From contig JBHGNT010000017.1 of the NCBI GenBank assembly GCA_043228905.1, positions 6,696,001 to 6,760,000 of the forward strand: DNA of 64,000 bases. Reading direction: 5' to 3'. The first letter of the stretch is position 1. The number at the start of each line of letters is the position of its first letter. Shown piece by piece: positions 39,901 through 54,120 of the stretch. Below the pieces are notes generated by a model that saw nothing but the letters and a program-made list of their open reading frames with translations, was not told the origin of the DNA and searched no databases. The stretch comes from Azolla caroliniana. Its lineage: Eukaryota; Plantae; Polypodiophyta. The position numbers and the translations under genes are program-made.

Positions 39901-41680
39901 GGTGGATGACTTCCTAGAAGACCATCCCACTATCATACCCCTCTTCGAAATCGACGCCATATCAGTCGGTGGCACACCTCTAGACGAGGAGGTCACGGAG
40001 AATACACCTTCCCATGATGAGCAAAATCCCACCACCATCGCAGAATTACAACACGCTCGAGACGCTTTTGAACGTGAACTCGCCATCTCCCAACAAGTGA
40101 AGGCATCAACGCTTGAAACATTGAACCTCGGTTCAGACAAGAACCCTCGCACCCTACACATTGCTAATAACTTACCAGCCGGCGAACGAGCTGCCCTCGT
40201 ACGCTTACTCACCGATTACCAGGATGTATTCGCATGGTCTTACATGGATATGAAGGGTTTGGACCCTCAATACTACCAACACCAGATCCATCTTCTCCCT
40301 GACGCTCGGCCGGTTCAACAAAGATGCTACCGGATGAACCCCAATTATGCGGCTAAGGTCAAGGAAGAAATAGACAAGCTCCTCCGAGTCGGGTTCATAC
40401 GACCTGTAAAACGCGCCACATGGTTAAGCCCAATCGTAATCGTCCCCAAGAAAAATGGGAAAATCCGAGTCTGCGTCAACTACCGCAAGCTTAATGTTGC
40501 AACGGTCACGGATGGATTCCCTCTCCCGTTCACGAATAGCGTTCTCGACACGGTGGCAGGTCACGCATGCTATAGCTTTCTAGACGGGTTCAGTGGTTAC
40601 AACCAAATCAGAATGCACCTGGATGATCAGGAGAAAACAACATTTGTCACGGAATGGGGTGTTTTCGTGGCAGAAGTAATGATGTTTGGTCTGTCTTGTT
40701 CGATGTCGCCAAGCTCGGTCAAGTTTAAACCCGGAAAAATGCGCGTTCTTGGTCACAAGCGGCAACCTACTCGGGCACATCGTTAGTCAAGAAGGTATCG
40801 CCATGGACCCGGATAAAGTACAAGCCATCCTAAACGCCCCCGCACCCTTGAACGCAAAGGCCCTCAGCCGATTTTTGGGACAAATCAGATGGCACAGCCG
40901 GATGATACGCCACCTGGCCGATTTCGCGACACCACTACACACGATGGTGCATCGACTTCCTTTTCAATGGACTTCAATCGAGGACGAGGCTTACCAAGCT
41001 TTGAAATTAATGCTCTCGCATGCCCTAATTGTACAGCCCCCGATATGGTCGGAACCTTTTCACATCTTCGTGGATGTATCAGATATCGCCATCGGGAGTG
41101 CACTTATGCAATACACAACCCCAAATTGGTATCGGCCAGTGTATTATGCTAGCCGACATCTCTCGGCCGTGGAAAAGAACTATTCAACAATCGAACGAGA
41201 GGCCCTCGGTATGATCTACAACATCAGTAAATTTCAGCATTACCTCTTAGGCCAAAAATTCACCTTTCACGTCAATCACTCGCTTGTCTGTACCGAGTCC
41301 GTCATTGTGCTGGCGTCGACCGTGGCTACCCTAGGGTGGGCGGTGTCGTCTTCGTGTGCTTCGGTACCTTCAACATTCGGGCTCGGAAGAGTGGGTTTCT
41401 CCTCGGCGGCTTGCCATAGCTCAGTAGCCCGTTTGGCTTGCTAATGCGCGGTTTTGATACGTCGGGCCATGTCCTTGGTTGCCTGAGTAGTGTGGTGCAG
41501 ATTGCTATATGCCTCGACTAAGGCCATGTTCAGATCTGGTAGTTCCATGAGGAGCGAAGCATTCTGTGCTTGCTTCTTCCGTCCTATCTTCTGTAAGGCT
41601 CGATCCTCGTGAGGTTCGATTTCACCCATTAGAGTGCGTTGAATCATCTTTGTTTCGGCGTGCTCCTCGGTCCGCAATTA
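36982..41680 (+). mobile_element. Athila/Tat-like Gypsy nested in the chromovirus, 3' truncated
   Basis: LTR TGTTGTCC...GGTCAACA (36982-37471), PBS TGGCACGCCCGGT (tRNA-Arg-like), three zinc knuckles, IIDGGSG, FLDGFSGYNQI, RNase H YYASR..NYSTIERE; deletion at ~40690 removes the RT YxDD. Confidence 0.88.
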
Positions 41681-44600
41681 GCACCGACTCGTTCCACTCG
41701 TCGTCTTAAGGGGGAGATAGTGTCATGATATGGCAAAACTCGAACTCATGACCTTATGTTATATGGGTCAAGCTCTTGACCATTATACCATCTATTGTAA
41801 TACATAAGATATTATTTTCATTTAAGTTTTATTATAGGAAATTAATGTATATTCCAGATTTCTCTGGAACATTCTAGAAGCTTCAGGATTACTCCTGAGA
41901 ACATTATAAAAGAAGGCACTAGGCATTATGTTGAACCAAATTGGTTCAACGCCAGTCTTAAGCCTCATAGCCATCTTGTACTTACTCTTCCTATAATATA
42001 TCATCTGTTATCATCATCTCTCTCTCTCGTCCTCACTCTCTCTCTCTCTCTCCTCTTTCCTCCCTCTCGGGAGTCTTACGCAGTCCCATCCTCTTAGTAC
42101 TAATAGTACTTCCCTTCTCTAGTACTAATTCTCTCTCTGTTTTAGTACTATTCCTGACAATGTTAGGCAACAGGTTGTGATGAGTATAGACGAGGACATT
42201 TAGAGAAGAAGAGGTGGAGTATGTCTTATACATCTTGCAAATGATAAAAGTCCAGGTTGGGATGGAATTATGAATGAGTTTTTTAAATCATTTGTTGAAG
42301 ATCTTAAAGGACCCCTTACAACAATCTTTCAAGAAGTGTGGAGTTCTGGTAACATGCCTCATTCCTGGAAGATTGGGCTCACCAAACATATACCTAGAGT
42401 TGCTTCTCCCACTTCATTTGGTCAATGGAGGCCAATATCATTATACAAGATTTTTACCAAAGTAATTGCCAATCGACCTCAAAAGGTATTACCCTCTATT
42501 GTACATCCTATGTAATATGGGTTTATTGCAAGAAGGGACATCCTTCATAACATTTTAAATGTTCAAATGGTTGTGGATTATGCGAAGGAATGAAAAGAAG
42601 AAATTGTTATGATACAATTGGATATTGAGAAGGCTTATGATCATGTCAATTGGTCATTTCTTGCCCAACTTATGCCTGAGATGGGTTTTGGTACAAGGAT
42701 GTCTCGACTCTCATTTATGTTGGGATTAGGTGTAGTGTCACATGTCATGTTAAATGGTGGAGTGACTAATGCAATATCATTAACAAGGTCAGTGAGACAA
42801 GGATGTCCATTGAGTCCATTATTATTCGCCATTGTTACCCACCTAATTTTGGTTTAAATACATGAGTTAGCGATATGTCAAGATATAGTGCCCTCAGGGA
42901 ATCAGTTGATAGCTCAAGCATTGGCAGATGATTCTTTTTTGTTTCTCAAGGCGCATCCTAGTAACATAGCCAAAGCCATGGAGGTGTGGAAGGTGTTTGC
43001 CTTAGCATCAGGTTTACATATTAATATGCACAAGTCATCGTTGATTAGATGCACTGAACAAGATTTGGCTAATCTTGGTTAGAGTGACCGAATATTAGAT
43101 AAAGGGAAGATTTGTCGGCATTTGGGCTATCCGATTGGTGTGGATATTTCACCAAATCAAAGCCTAACTTGGATTTCTGGAAGTCCCAAGCTTGGCCGTT
43201 TGCTACTCGTCTCAAAGTGGTGCAAGCAATTATGATTCCGATGATTTCATATTTTTTGCCTTTGTTACCTTGGACAAAGAAATCACTTGATCACTTGGCT
43301 CGTGCTCTTAGGTATACGTTATGGAAGAAAGAGTCCAACATTGGTATCAGTTGGGTTTCATGGCTTCATATATGTACCCCGAAACATTTAGGAGGAGCCG
43401 GTTTACTCAATTTGGAAGATCATCTGGTTGCTCGAAGGTTTAGTCTCTTGAAAGAGATGTGTTCAGGTTCTCAACCATGGGCAAAGATAATTTGTTATTT
43501 TGTGGAGAAAATAGGGATACAACATGGTAAAACAAAAATTAGAACTTCATGGTTGTATGTTATTAATAGCACTCGATCATTTAGATATTCAACATCTACT
43601 ATTGTTCAACATTTAGTGGTCTCTTGGCAAAAAAGTTTGAAGTTGTTCAATTGGAAACCACCTGATTGTAGAAAAGATTGCAACTCTTTGCCAGCACAGG
43701 TGATAGCATCTTCAAGATTATTACAATGGCATGGAAAAGACAGTTTAAAGTCAAAGTTTAATAGAATGGCAAAACTAGGTTTGGTAACTGTGGAGAATGG
43801 TATTTTAGAGTCACAGAGGCAAATGATGGCTTTTCGAACTGTGAGAAGTACATTTCATATACCTCCTGGATATGGTCAGATTTGGCAAACAATAGTACAG
43901 TTGCCTATTTTATCATCACCGATTCCACAATTGGTGGTGGTCAAACCGTGGAGAGATTGGTTTTTTGATAACAAGAAATCATTATTTGCAATGAACACAA
44001 ATGATGTTTACCATAAGTTGGTTAAGAATAGAGTTTTGGTACAGAGCAAGGTTTTGGATACATGGCACATTATCCGTGGAAGTGAATGGTGTGCTAGAGT
44101 TTTAGATGCATGATGGAAGTCTCATCTTCCTTTCCATGCAAAGGTGTTTCTTTGGCGTGCTATGGTTGGTGGGTTACCTTTGGCTAGGGCTTTAAAACGA
44201 AGACACATTGGTAGTGGTACATGTGTCTTTTGTACGACAGTTGATGAAGATTCTCGACACAGGTTTATATCTTGCCCTGTTACTAAAATTATATGGATAG
44301 GTATATCACAACTGTGGGGGTCATTAACTAGAAATGTTTTGTCACCTTTTCAATGGGTTTTCATTGAAGGTGATAGAGTTTTACCATCCCTAGAGTATAA
44401 GTTTGTGTTTGATTATTTGCGGTACTTGGGCATGTGGTATATTTGGAACTTGTGGAATGGTTTCTTATTTGATGGGCTTTGTGGAGTATCTCAACAAATA
44501 TGTAGGATAAGAGGAAAGTTGATTTGGCAATTTTCACAATTATGTTGTATGGGAACTTTGTCCCCAAATGAGTTACATTTGCGTCGCTTTGTATTGCAGC

Positions 44601-44713
44601 ACCTTAGAAGGTTGTCCTTGCCACATCGCTACCTTTAACGTAGTTTTGATAGCAAGTTTTTTTTTGTATTATCATGTTGTTTTAATATAAACATACATTT
44701 ACGAAAAGAAAAA

Positions 44714-44749
<36 letters not shown>

Positions 44750-44753
<4 letters not shown>

Positions 44754-46576
44754 ATTATCTTCTTCGGAGGTCAAATATGACCTATGAGACCAAAAATATT
44801 ACATTTCACATGATACATGTGAAAGTGAGTAGTGACTCTCGATGTTCAAGAACTTTACCAATGAATGTTGCAATCGAGAGTGCACATTGTGGTTGTGAGA
44901 GGAATTCATGCAAAGATTGGGCTCAATCAAAGAGATGTGGAAAGCATGGTCGAATATGATCAAAGGCAGAGCATTGTATCAAAGTGTGATACTCAGACTC
45001 GTGAACTTGTTTAGGGCAAAGTGTGCATAGCCAACCACTCTCATCACTTGTACCCCAACGCCCTGTTTCACATCACAATGCATGTGAGCTAAGTCGCATG
45101 GAAGCAATGGTTCGAATGGCAGATAACGGTATGGGCTCTAACATGTATGGATGTGTACGATTTCCCCGTTCCGCAAAGAATATGGTTTTATAGTTAGGTG
45201 CAACATGTGTAGTATAATGTGTGAAGCGTGAGCCTCCACATTTGTCCCATGTCATGATACATTGGCATTGCAAAAATGCATCATTTAAAGAGGAATCTAA
45301 TGATGCATCATGAAGCAAATGTCTCGCATCCCATCTACCAAACCATTTTTCTATTTCTTGTATCCAACCGGAACACAAAATTTTGCTTTTATGCATCTTT
45401 TGGATCTTTTTGCTTGCTTCCCACACAATTCTAGGAAGTCGATGTGAGGGACTTTTTTGAACCTTAAGCATGTATTCAACAACCCTTTCCATGGCCATGA
45501 TCTCAATGGGAAGTGATCCCGTCTCAAGGAGGAGGAGGGTGTAGGTCGTTTGTTTCTTAACTTGTAGAAACTTGGTAAGAAAATGCTTTTGGACATTTTC
45601 AAACTCTTTCCACATAGATTTAGGGATACTACCGCCCCATACTTCCACCCCATAGAGAAGAACCGGTGTCACCAAAGTGTCGAAAAGATATTTCTTGAGG
45701 ACCCAACACTTAATATCTCCAAGATTGCATGTGTTCTCAAATGCATAGTATGCTCGCTTGCCCACCTCTAAGTGGCATGTAGCACATTCATTCCATCTAT
45801 GATTTGAAGGAACTTCAAGGCCAAGATATTTGAAGCTTTTCACACATTCAAGTGGCTCATTGTTGTACATAATGCATGGTTTATCTCTTTTTTGGCTCTT
45901 CACAAGCATAATCTTTGTTTTAGAGGTATTGACACTTAATTTAGTATGCATGCAAAATTTTTCCAATGCCTTCATAAGCTTTTGTGCATCTCCTAAAGTA
46001 TTTGCAAAAAGCACTACATCATCTGCATATAGCAAAAGCATAATTACAACATTCCCAATGGCAACTTCTTCAACACATTCTTCCTTTGCAAACTTGGTAA
46101 CCATTTCTTCCAATTCATCAATGCATATACCAAATAGTGTTGGTGAGAGTGGGCATCCTTGCTTAACACCAATAGTGCTTTTGAAAAAATCTGAAAGTTT
46201 ATCTCTCATGCGCACACAACATATAACATTCTCATAAATTCGGGAAATTGCAAGCATATATTCACTTGGCACCTCAAGTTCTTCCATTCGCCTCCAAAGA
46301 TGCTCACGAGGTACCATATCAAAAGCTTTCTTGAAGTCTACAAAGCAACAATATAAACCTTTACCTCTAAGGCGACTTTCCTCCATTAATACTCGAAAGG
46401 TGATAAGGTGATCAATGGTGCTATGGTGTTTCCGAAAGCCAACTTGTCCATAAGCTCTCTTACCACTTTTTTCAGCCCATACACTTATCTTTGATTCCAT
46501 TATACATCCAAATAGTTTTGCTATTAATGAGCCAACCATGATGGTTTGATAGTTGTTTACATTATTTACATTATTT
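44750..46576 (-). mobile_element. 5'-truncated RTE-X-like LINE flanked by (GA)n on both sides
   Basis: QVGFR..STIDH, FVDFKKAFD, GVKQGCPLSPTLF, LLYADD, KYLG, C-terminal SSHAL*CETGR..CTLC..ESEYH..C; 3' hairpin at 44768-44783. Confidence 0.88.
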
Positions 46577-46655
46577 AGAGAGAGAGAGAGAGAGAGAGCA
46601 ATGGGCACAAACTGTGTAACTATATTATTATCAAGAAGTTACAATGGCAACAATG

Positions 46656-48991
46656 TGTTGAGGTTGAATCAAATATTCGCACGAAAGATATGAAGAAAAT
46701 ACACAACTTGGAACAGAAAATAGCAAAATGAGCAAGATACACAATTTTTACGTGGCAACCCTAAACGAAGAAAAACCATGGGAGAATAGATCTTCAATAT
46801 ACAGTGGATGTACAAGACGACGAGATTACAACACGCTCTCACCGCAAAGTGTAATAGTCACACAGGGCTCTTGATGTCTAAGCTCACTCAGCTATGAAAT
46901 CGTTCCCTCTCACTCACACACTCTCTCTTCTTCGTCGCGCTATATGACAGAGTCTCACACTGTTCAATTATGCAAAACCTATGTTTCCCGTAAGTGTATT
47001 TATACTTATACACTATATGTGCTATTTACAAATGTAGCCAATGCTACTGTCATTCCTATTATAGTTAATCAACCGACTGATGATTAGTCGATTCCAATGT
47101 CAATTGTCCAGTTGGCCCAACTAGTCAGCCTTATCTTCGACCATCCGGTCGGCCCGACTAGTTGGTCGTGTCTTCTACTTGGACTATCCTACTATCGACC
47201 CCCCCAGTCGACTCTTCATGTCTTCGACTCGGTAGTCGGCCCAACCAGTCGGTTGCTCCCATAGGAGGGACATATTCCGACAAGCTCTGAGTCTGTCCAT
47301 CGGTAGGTTCTTTGTCAACATTTCGGATCCATTTTCGTTAGTATGAATCTTCACAAGGGTAAACTCTTCTTCTTCCACTTTCTCCTACAACCAGTGATAC
47401 CTTATCTGTATGTGCTTGGTTCGGGAGTGATACGCAACATTCTTTGCTAGATGTATGGCACTCCAACTATCACAATGAAGCAAGAACTTTCTTTGCTTAA
47501 TCCCCAACTTGCTGAGAAAGTTTCTCATTCAGATTAGCTCTATGCCGGCCTTTACCACTGCCATGTACTTTGCCTCTGTGGTCGACAAGGCCACAGTTTT
47601 CTAAAGTCGTGACTGTCACGTCACTACTCCCCCTGCATAGGTCATCACGTACTTGAAGTGGATTGACTTGAGTCTGCATCCCCCAACATGTCTGAGTTGG
47701 TAAACCCTTCGAGCATGGGTTTTTTGACACCATACCTAACGCACACATTCGAGGTGCCTTTTAAGTACCTGAGTATCCATTTTACAGTTGCCCAGCGTTC
47801 TCTGCCTGGATTACTATTGTATCGGCTTACTGCTCCCACAACAAATGTTATGACTGGCCTTGTATAGACCATAGCATACATTAAATTGTTGACGGTTGAG
47901 GTATATGGTTCTTTCTTCATCTCAACCTTTTCTTTCTCTCCTCTCGGGCATTGCTTGGCATTCAACTTGCAGTTGGTCGGCAACACAGAGCCGACCGGCT
48001 TTGCATCTAACATGTTGAACCTCTCTAAGATCCTTGTCACATACTTCTCTTGTGACAACCACAACACTTTCTTAGTTCTATCTTGAACTATGTGCATCCC
48101 TAAGATCTGTTTTTCCGGTCCAAGATCTTTCATGGCAAACAACTTGCCTAGTGCTTTCTTCAAGCTCATGATCTTCTTTGTGTCTTGTCCGACTATCAAC
48201 ATGTCATCCACATATAACATGAGAATTAAGATGTCGCTTTCATCATACCTTTTGATGAACACACAATGATTAGCCTGTGTTTTCTAGAACCTATGTTCCA
48301 CCATGAAGGACTCGAACTTCTTGTACCATTGGCGTGGAGCTTGTTTCAACCCATACAATATTTTCTTTAGTCGACACACCAGGTTCTCTTTCTCTTTCTC
48401 CACAAAACCTTGGGGCTGATGCATGTAGATCTCTTCATCCAGCTCCCCATGTAAGAATGTCGTCTTGACATCCAACTATTTGATCTCCAAATTCATGCTC
48501 ACAACAATACTCAGAATAGTTCGGATGGATGTCATCGTCACGACTAGTGCAAAGATTTCGTCAAAGTTGACACCCTTTATTTGTTGGAACCCCTTCACCA
48601 CAATGCGGGTTTTGTACCTAGGTGTGTTGTAGACTTCTCCAGTTTTCACCTTGTAGACCCATTTGTTTCTGAGTGCTCTCTTACCTGTCGGTAGTTCTAC
48701 CAGGTCATAGGTGTAGTTCTCATGCAAGTAGTCCATCTCGTCTTGCATTGCATTAGGCATTTTTCCTTGCGCTCATTAGCTATGGCTTCTTCATAGCACT
48801 CGGGCTCACCTTCATCACTCAAGAGGTGCTCTCCTTTCTCTGAATGGGTATCTCCTTCCACTCATTTTCGGCTCCTGTTCTGATGTCCCTTCCGACCCTA
48901 CTGACTCTTCTCTCGGCTCGGGTTCATATATGTCAATCGATCGTTGAGGGTTAGCCTATTATGACTCGTATTCTTTGATAGACTTCAATAG
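46656..48991 (-). mobile_element. 3' half of the Tork-like Copia (RT, RNase H, 3' LTR 46656-~47278), inverted relative to its 5' half
   Basis: LTR is the reverse complement of 25058-25674; flank CAATG is the reverse complement of CATTG; MDVKTTFLHG, YVDD, RTKHI. Confidence 0.92.
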
Positions 48992-49294
48992 TGTTGAGTG
49001 ACAAGCTCAACATTGGGTGCTCAACACGGTGCGTAACCCAGTGCGTAGACTGGGTGCGTAAAACAGTACGCATAACGTGGTTGTATTGGTGCGTAAACCG
49101 AAAGGCCGTTAGTATGGTATTCCTCATAAGGAATAATTTTGGGAGTTAGTGTAGTAGGCTCATTTATGAGCAATCAAGTACTGTCAGTACTTGTGTCAGC
49201 CCGATTGTCAGGGCTTGTATAAACGGTGCTAACTGAGCACGAAGTATGTACAGAGTATCATTATTTTGAAATAGAACTGAGTTGTCTGCTCTCT

Positions 49295-49417
<123 letters not shown>

Positions 49418-50864
49418 GCATTTTCTGTGTTTTTACCAAACTGTCATTCTCCGAACTGTGTACTCTATGTCAAAAGGATTTTCACCACAAGCACAACGGC
49501 CAGGAAGTTGCAGCTCAGACAGGAACTTAGCAATGTCCGACAGAAAGATCTGTCTATGGCCGATTATACAACCCGAATCAAGGAAAACTGTGACTCACTT
49601 GCTTCCGTCAACATGAACGTCGAGGAGGACCAAATGGTGCAAGTGTGCCTTGGTGGGCTAGCGTCAAAGTTCGGAGCGTTCCAAACGGCGGTCTATACGA
49701 GGGAGAATACGCCTTCGTTCTTCGAGCTTCAGTCAATGTTGCTTGTGGAGGAAAACCATGTGAGTGCGTTGACGAGTACGCGCGCCGATGGAAAGATGTT
49801 ATACATGGAGGAAGATAGGCCTCGTGGTCGTGGTGGACGAGGCGGATCAACGCATAATGGAGGCGGCCGAAAAGAGCAGAATGGACGGCATAATCGAAAT
49901 GTTGGGAACAATTTTGAACCCTCCAGAAGCAGGGGGAGTCATGGCGGCGCCGGAAGCTGGCAAGAGAAGGCCGCAACAGAATGTTGGTACTGTGACAAGA
50001 AAGGCCACAAGGAGAGCAAGTGCTGGAAAAAGAAAGTCGGATCAAGCAGGAGAGACGCAGGAATGCGTCAAAAGTCGCACTATGTTGAAGGCTCCAAACG
50101 AGCCGGAAATGGATCGGGCCCTGCCTTCATAATGAAACACAAGGCCAATTCGATGGCCGTGAACACCTCGAAATCGAGCAAGGTGTGGTATGTTGATTCT
50201 AGAGCGTCAAATCATATGACAAGTCACGAGGAATGGTTCTCGTACTTGGAGAAGCCGGAAAAGCAAGGGGTAGTCGAAACGGGAGATGACACCTCGCATA
50301 CCATCGAACATGTCGGTGAAGTTCCCCTCAGCCATGTTGGGCAGAAAGGGAAACTCTTGAACGTGATACACGTCCCGACAATAACAAAGAACCTGGTATT
50401 GGTCGAACAGATTGTCGACCAAGGGATGCAGGTTTGATTCACGCATCTAGGGTGCTTCATAGAAGAGGAGGGAAAAGTAATCGTGCAAGGGCGCCATGAA
50501 GGGAGGATGTTTATCCTCGAAACCAACAATGTGGGCACCGCTATGTTTGGGAAAGGGCAGAAGGTTGAGTCGTACATTGACCTGTGGCATAAGCGGTTCG
50601 ACCATATTAACTTCCCACGGCTTCGTGAAATGCAGATGAAGAACATTGTGTTTGGCTTGCCGAAATTTCAAGGCCAGAATGGCCAAGTCTGCGAAGCTTG
50701 CTAGATGGAAAAATAACACCAACTTCCATTCCCCAACGAGCATAATCGTAGTCAAAATCCGATGGATTTGATTCATTCGGATGTGTGGGGTCCAGCACAG
50801 AACGTGAGTCTCGGTGGAAGCCGTTACTTTGTAACCTTCATCGACGACTTCACTTGGCACACGT

Positions 50865-51933
50865 TGTAGTGAAAATCCGTCACTATGTGCGGATCGTGAG
50901 ACGGAACCACCGGGGTTATGGACTGGAAGGAATTAGTACACACACGCACAACACAAGCAAGATTCATTTATTGCAAAAGAAATTGATTCTTTATAAACTT
51001 AGAATCATGTTACAATGGATTTTATATGAAAATGAGAGATAAATCTTTTAAAGAAAGGAGCCAACATCCATATAAGGAGTGGTCCAATATGAATATGAGA
51101 GATATCTTTTTTTTTTACAAGAAAGATTGAGCAAGCCAAGCAAGCCAAAACCAAGAGTTTGATATCAATATGAGAGATAATTTGTTTTTTGGAATAGGAG
51201 AGAGAAGAAGAAAGAAAAAAAAAAGTAGAGGGAAAAAATGGAACATATATTGAGCTCTTTGTTGATCCCCCTTCCCAATGTTACTTTTCATGTCCACTTT
51301 TAGTTGCATGGCCTCTACTTTTAGTTGCATGGCCTCTACTTTTAGTTGCATGCTTCCAATTTTAGTTGCATGGCCTCTACTTTTAGTTGCATGCTTCCAT
51401 TTTTAGTTGCATGCCTTTTACTTTTAGTTACATGGCCTTGGCTTTTAGTTGCATGTGATCGTCCGTATAATTCGGCCAAATGACCCAATCATCCATAAAG
51501 TTTAGCCCGTGCGCAATCCGTACGTGCGTCGCAACCAAATCGTAGACGCATCTGCGCGCGCCCGCACACATGCGCGTCCCGACTGGGCCGTACGCCGTGA
51601 CCCAAAATCATTTGAGCCATTCATCCACACAGTTTAGCCCAAGTCACCTTGAACATTCTGTGCTTCGCACATTAATATAATGAATAGCTTTCTATATATA
51701 TTGGGGAATCCAATGTTATCCTATCTATGTTGGATATCCCATAGTTTTGTTTTTTCCCCTTTCTCTTTAAACTTCTCACTCACATAACTTGATTCTTGGT
51801 TATCCATTTAATGCGTAGTAAAATACGTTATGAAGCTCTTGAAGACATCTATCTTTCCATATCAATACATTAAGCTAATCTTAGATAATTATTTTACAAG
51901 TTTTCATATCGTGTTTTAAAAAACCACACGACA
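50865..51933 (-). mobile_element. Solo LTR with 21-bp tandem repeats
   Basis: TGTAGTG...CACGACA, TSD ACGT; ggggttatggact shared with the 7371 LTR; (ttttagttgcatggcctctac)x~8 at 51297-51455. Confidence 0.88.
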
Positions 51934-52613
51934 ACGTGGGTATACACGATCGCGATGAAGAGCGAAGTCTTCACATGTTTCCTGAAGGTGAAGAGCCTTG
52001 CAAAAAAGGAAACAAGGCATAAGATCAAATGCCTACAGTCCGATGGTGGGAAGGAGTACTTCTCCGACCAGTTCACAAGTTATCTATAGAAGGAGGGAAT
52101 TCGACGCGAATTCTCGTGTAGATACACGCCGCAGCAGAACGGCGTGGCCGAGCGGAAGAATTGGACAATCGAAGAAGCGACCATGGCAATGCTTGAATAG
52201 AAGCATATGCCGAAATTCTATTGGGTTGAAGCCATGAGGACGGTTGTCTACTTGCAGAATCGAACTTCTGCTAATGGAGGAGTGTCGCCACATGAATTGT
52301 ATTTCGGGAAGAAGCCAAACTTGGCACACTTCAGGATTTTTGGTAGCATTGCATATGTGCATGTGCCGAAGGAAAAGAGGAGGAAGTTGGACACCAAAGC
52401 CGAAAAGTGCATCTTAGTCGGTTATCCAGACGAGCAGAAGGGGTATAAGTGTTATCACCCTCGAACAAAGGAAGTGCGCATAAGTCAAGATGTCGTGTTC
52501 GACGAGTCTTCTTCCTGGTACTTGCCTTCCCCTCTAGTACCTCATGACTCCATTCTGAATTCTGAAGAAGAAGTCAGCGAGGATGAGATGCCTCTACATG
52601 ATGAGGACATCGG

Positions 52614-53545
52614 TGTGGCTAAGTTCCTAGAACCGAACTGGCAATAAAATGGAACCGAAACCGGCTGGTAAGCAAACCGGAACCTGCCGGTAATCAAAAT
52701 GGAACCGGCCGGTAAGCAAACCGGAACCGGCCGGTAAGCAAACCGGAACCGGCCGGTAAGCAAACTGGAATCAGCTGGAAATCAATTCAGAACTGGCCGA
52801 TAAGCCAGAAACCAAACTAGAATCGGCCAATAAGCAAACCGAAACCGGTTGGTCATCAAACCGGAACCGGACTGGACGGATTAGATGGGTGGTGATCAAG
52901 ACGGACAGATGATAGGATCATGTGGCTAATTAAAGTAAAGGAAAGGAAACTAAAGTAAAGGCCATGTGGACGATCGCATGCAACTAAAAGAAAAAGCCAT
53001 GCAACTAAAAATGGATGCAACTAAAAGTAGAGGTCATGCAACTAAAAGTGGGCATGCAAAGTAACATTGAAGGCTATGATCAACGCAGAACTGCATATAA
53101 ATTCCATTTTTTTTCCTACACTCATCCTCCCTCCATTTTTATTTTCTTTTCCTTCTTAGCTCCCTTATCTCACGGAGCCATAACTCTAAAAAAACCCTAA
53201 TTTTCCCTATGGAAGCCATAACACTCAAGAACCCTTAATTTCCATACGGAAGCGATATCTCTCAAAATCTAAAATCTCTTATCAAAGCCAAAATCCCTAA
53301 ATTTCTATTGAATCCATATATCAAATTCTTCTAATCTATTACTCTAGCAATCTCCATTAGCTAAACTTTTTGTAATCCCAAACTTGGGATTATTTGTAAT
53401 CTTTCTTTCTATTTGTTAATGAAATTTGTCAATCTTTCTTATTTCAATTAATTCTTAGTACATAAACACACAAATTTGATATTCTCGGTCGGAGGCCCCG
53501 GGGTCGTGCCTCAAGTTCACGTATCCTCGTCGTATTTTCGTGACA
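52614..53545 (+). mobile_element. Solo LTR with 21-bp tandem repeats
   Basis: TGTGGC...GTGACA, TSD TCGG; aaaccggaaccggccggtaagc repeats; gcaactaaaag repeats are the reverse complement of those in 50865-51933. Confidence 0.85.
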
Positions 53546-53959
53546 TCGGAGCTCTGAGAGAGAGTCTGATCTCATTTCCGCTGAGTGGGCTGAATGAGGG
53601 GTTGGACCGAAATGGCCAACCAAATTAAGAGACGCATACCACACTTCCTCCGATTTGAAAGTGGTCTTCTTCATCGAGTTTGCCTCGTGCTTCATCACCA
53701 AGGCTAGTCCCTTACCGTTCTTGGATCCTCCCGATCCGTTTGCGTAGTGCGTGCGAATAGTGAAGACTCAGTTGTGATGTCCCCGCGTAAAGAACCGAGG
53801 AAACGGTTTACGCGTAAAGAGAAGGGCAAGAAGAAAATGCCGGAATACAACTTCGGTAGTGCCGCATCAGATCGGAGCAAGTCTGACTACAAGAAAACTG
53901 AAAATGAACCTCCACGGAAGAGGTCGACATTAGCCGAAAAGGTTGTGAATTGACTAAGG

Positions 53960-54120
53960 AGACCGACCGGATAACTGAGATCGGGTCGAGTGATCGTGAC
54001 GTAAAAGAGACTCCCGATGAGTTACCGATATTGAGTCGGCTCACACGTTTTGGTGCCGGAGTTTGCATCTAGTTTGAGATTGCGATCAAGCGGGGTTGCC
54101 GCGGATTTGCACTCAGTATA
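53960..54120 (-). pseudogene. Short inverted Copia RT fragment at the rearrangement junction
   Basis: ATPLDRNLKL...PTQYR*LIGSLFYVTITRPDLSYPVG. Confidence 0.8.

Larger units (their letters stand above)
31160..42159 (+). mobile_element. Chromovirus (Tcn1/Tf1-sushi-like) Gypsy, LTRs 31160-31583 and 41721-42159
   Basis: TSD ATGTT; gag RQGD..AYVADF and CLYCGGPGH; PR LLDS; RT IYLDD; RH EADASD; INT DFIIDLP/SDQGPQF; chromodomain YEV..VLDSK...YLVDWLGYSPSERTWEP (~36870-36980); PPT AAGGGGGAGATAG. Confidence 0.93.
30271..44717 (+). mobile_element. L1-clade LINE ORF2 (EN C-terminus 30271-31159; RT and zf-RVT 42160-44640), degenerate, with A-rich tail
   Basis: YTFQS..WSRLDLIY, DKSPGWDG, WRPISL, LDIEKAYDHVNW, SVRQGCPLSPLLF, LADD, FLWR...CVFC...EDSRHRFISC; tail aaaagaaaaacaaa then (GA)n. 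Confidence 0.9.

Noticed and set aside
42888-42940. LADD instead of YADD in the L1 RT as a novel catalytic variant
   Set aside because: Single decayed copy; cannot be distinguished from post-insertion mutation without a family consensus
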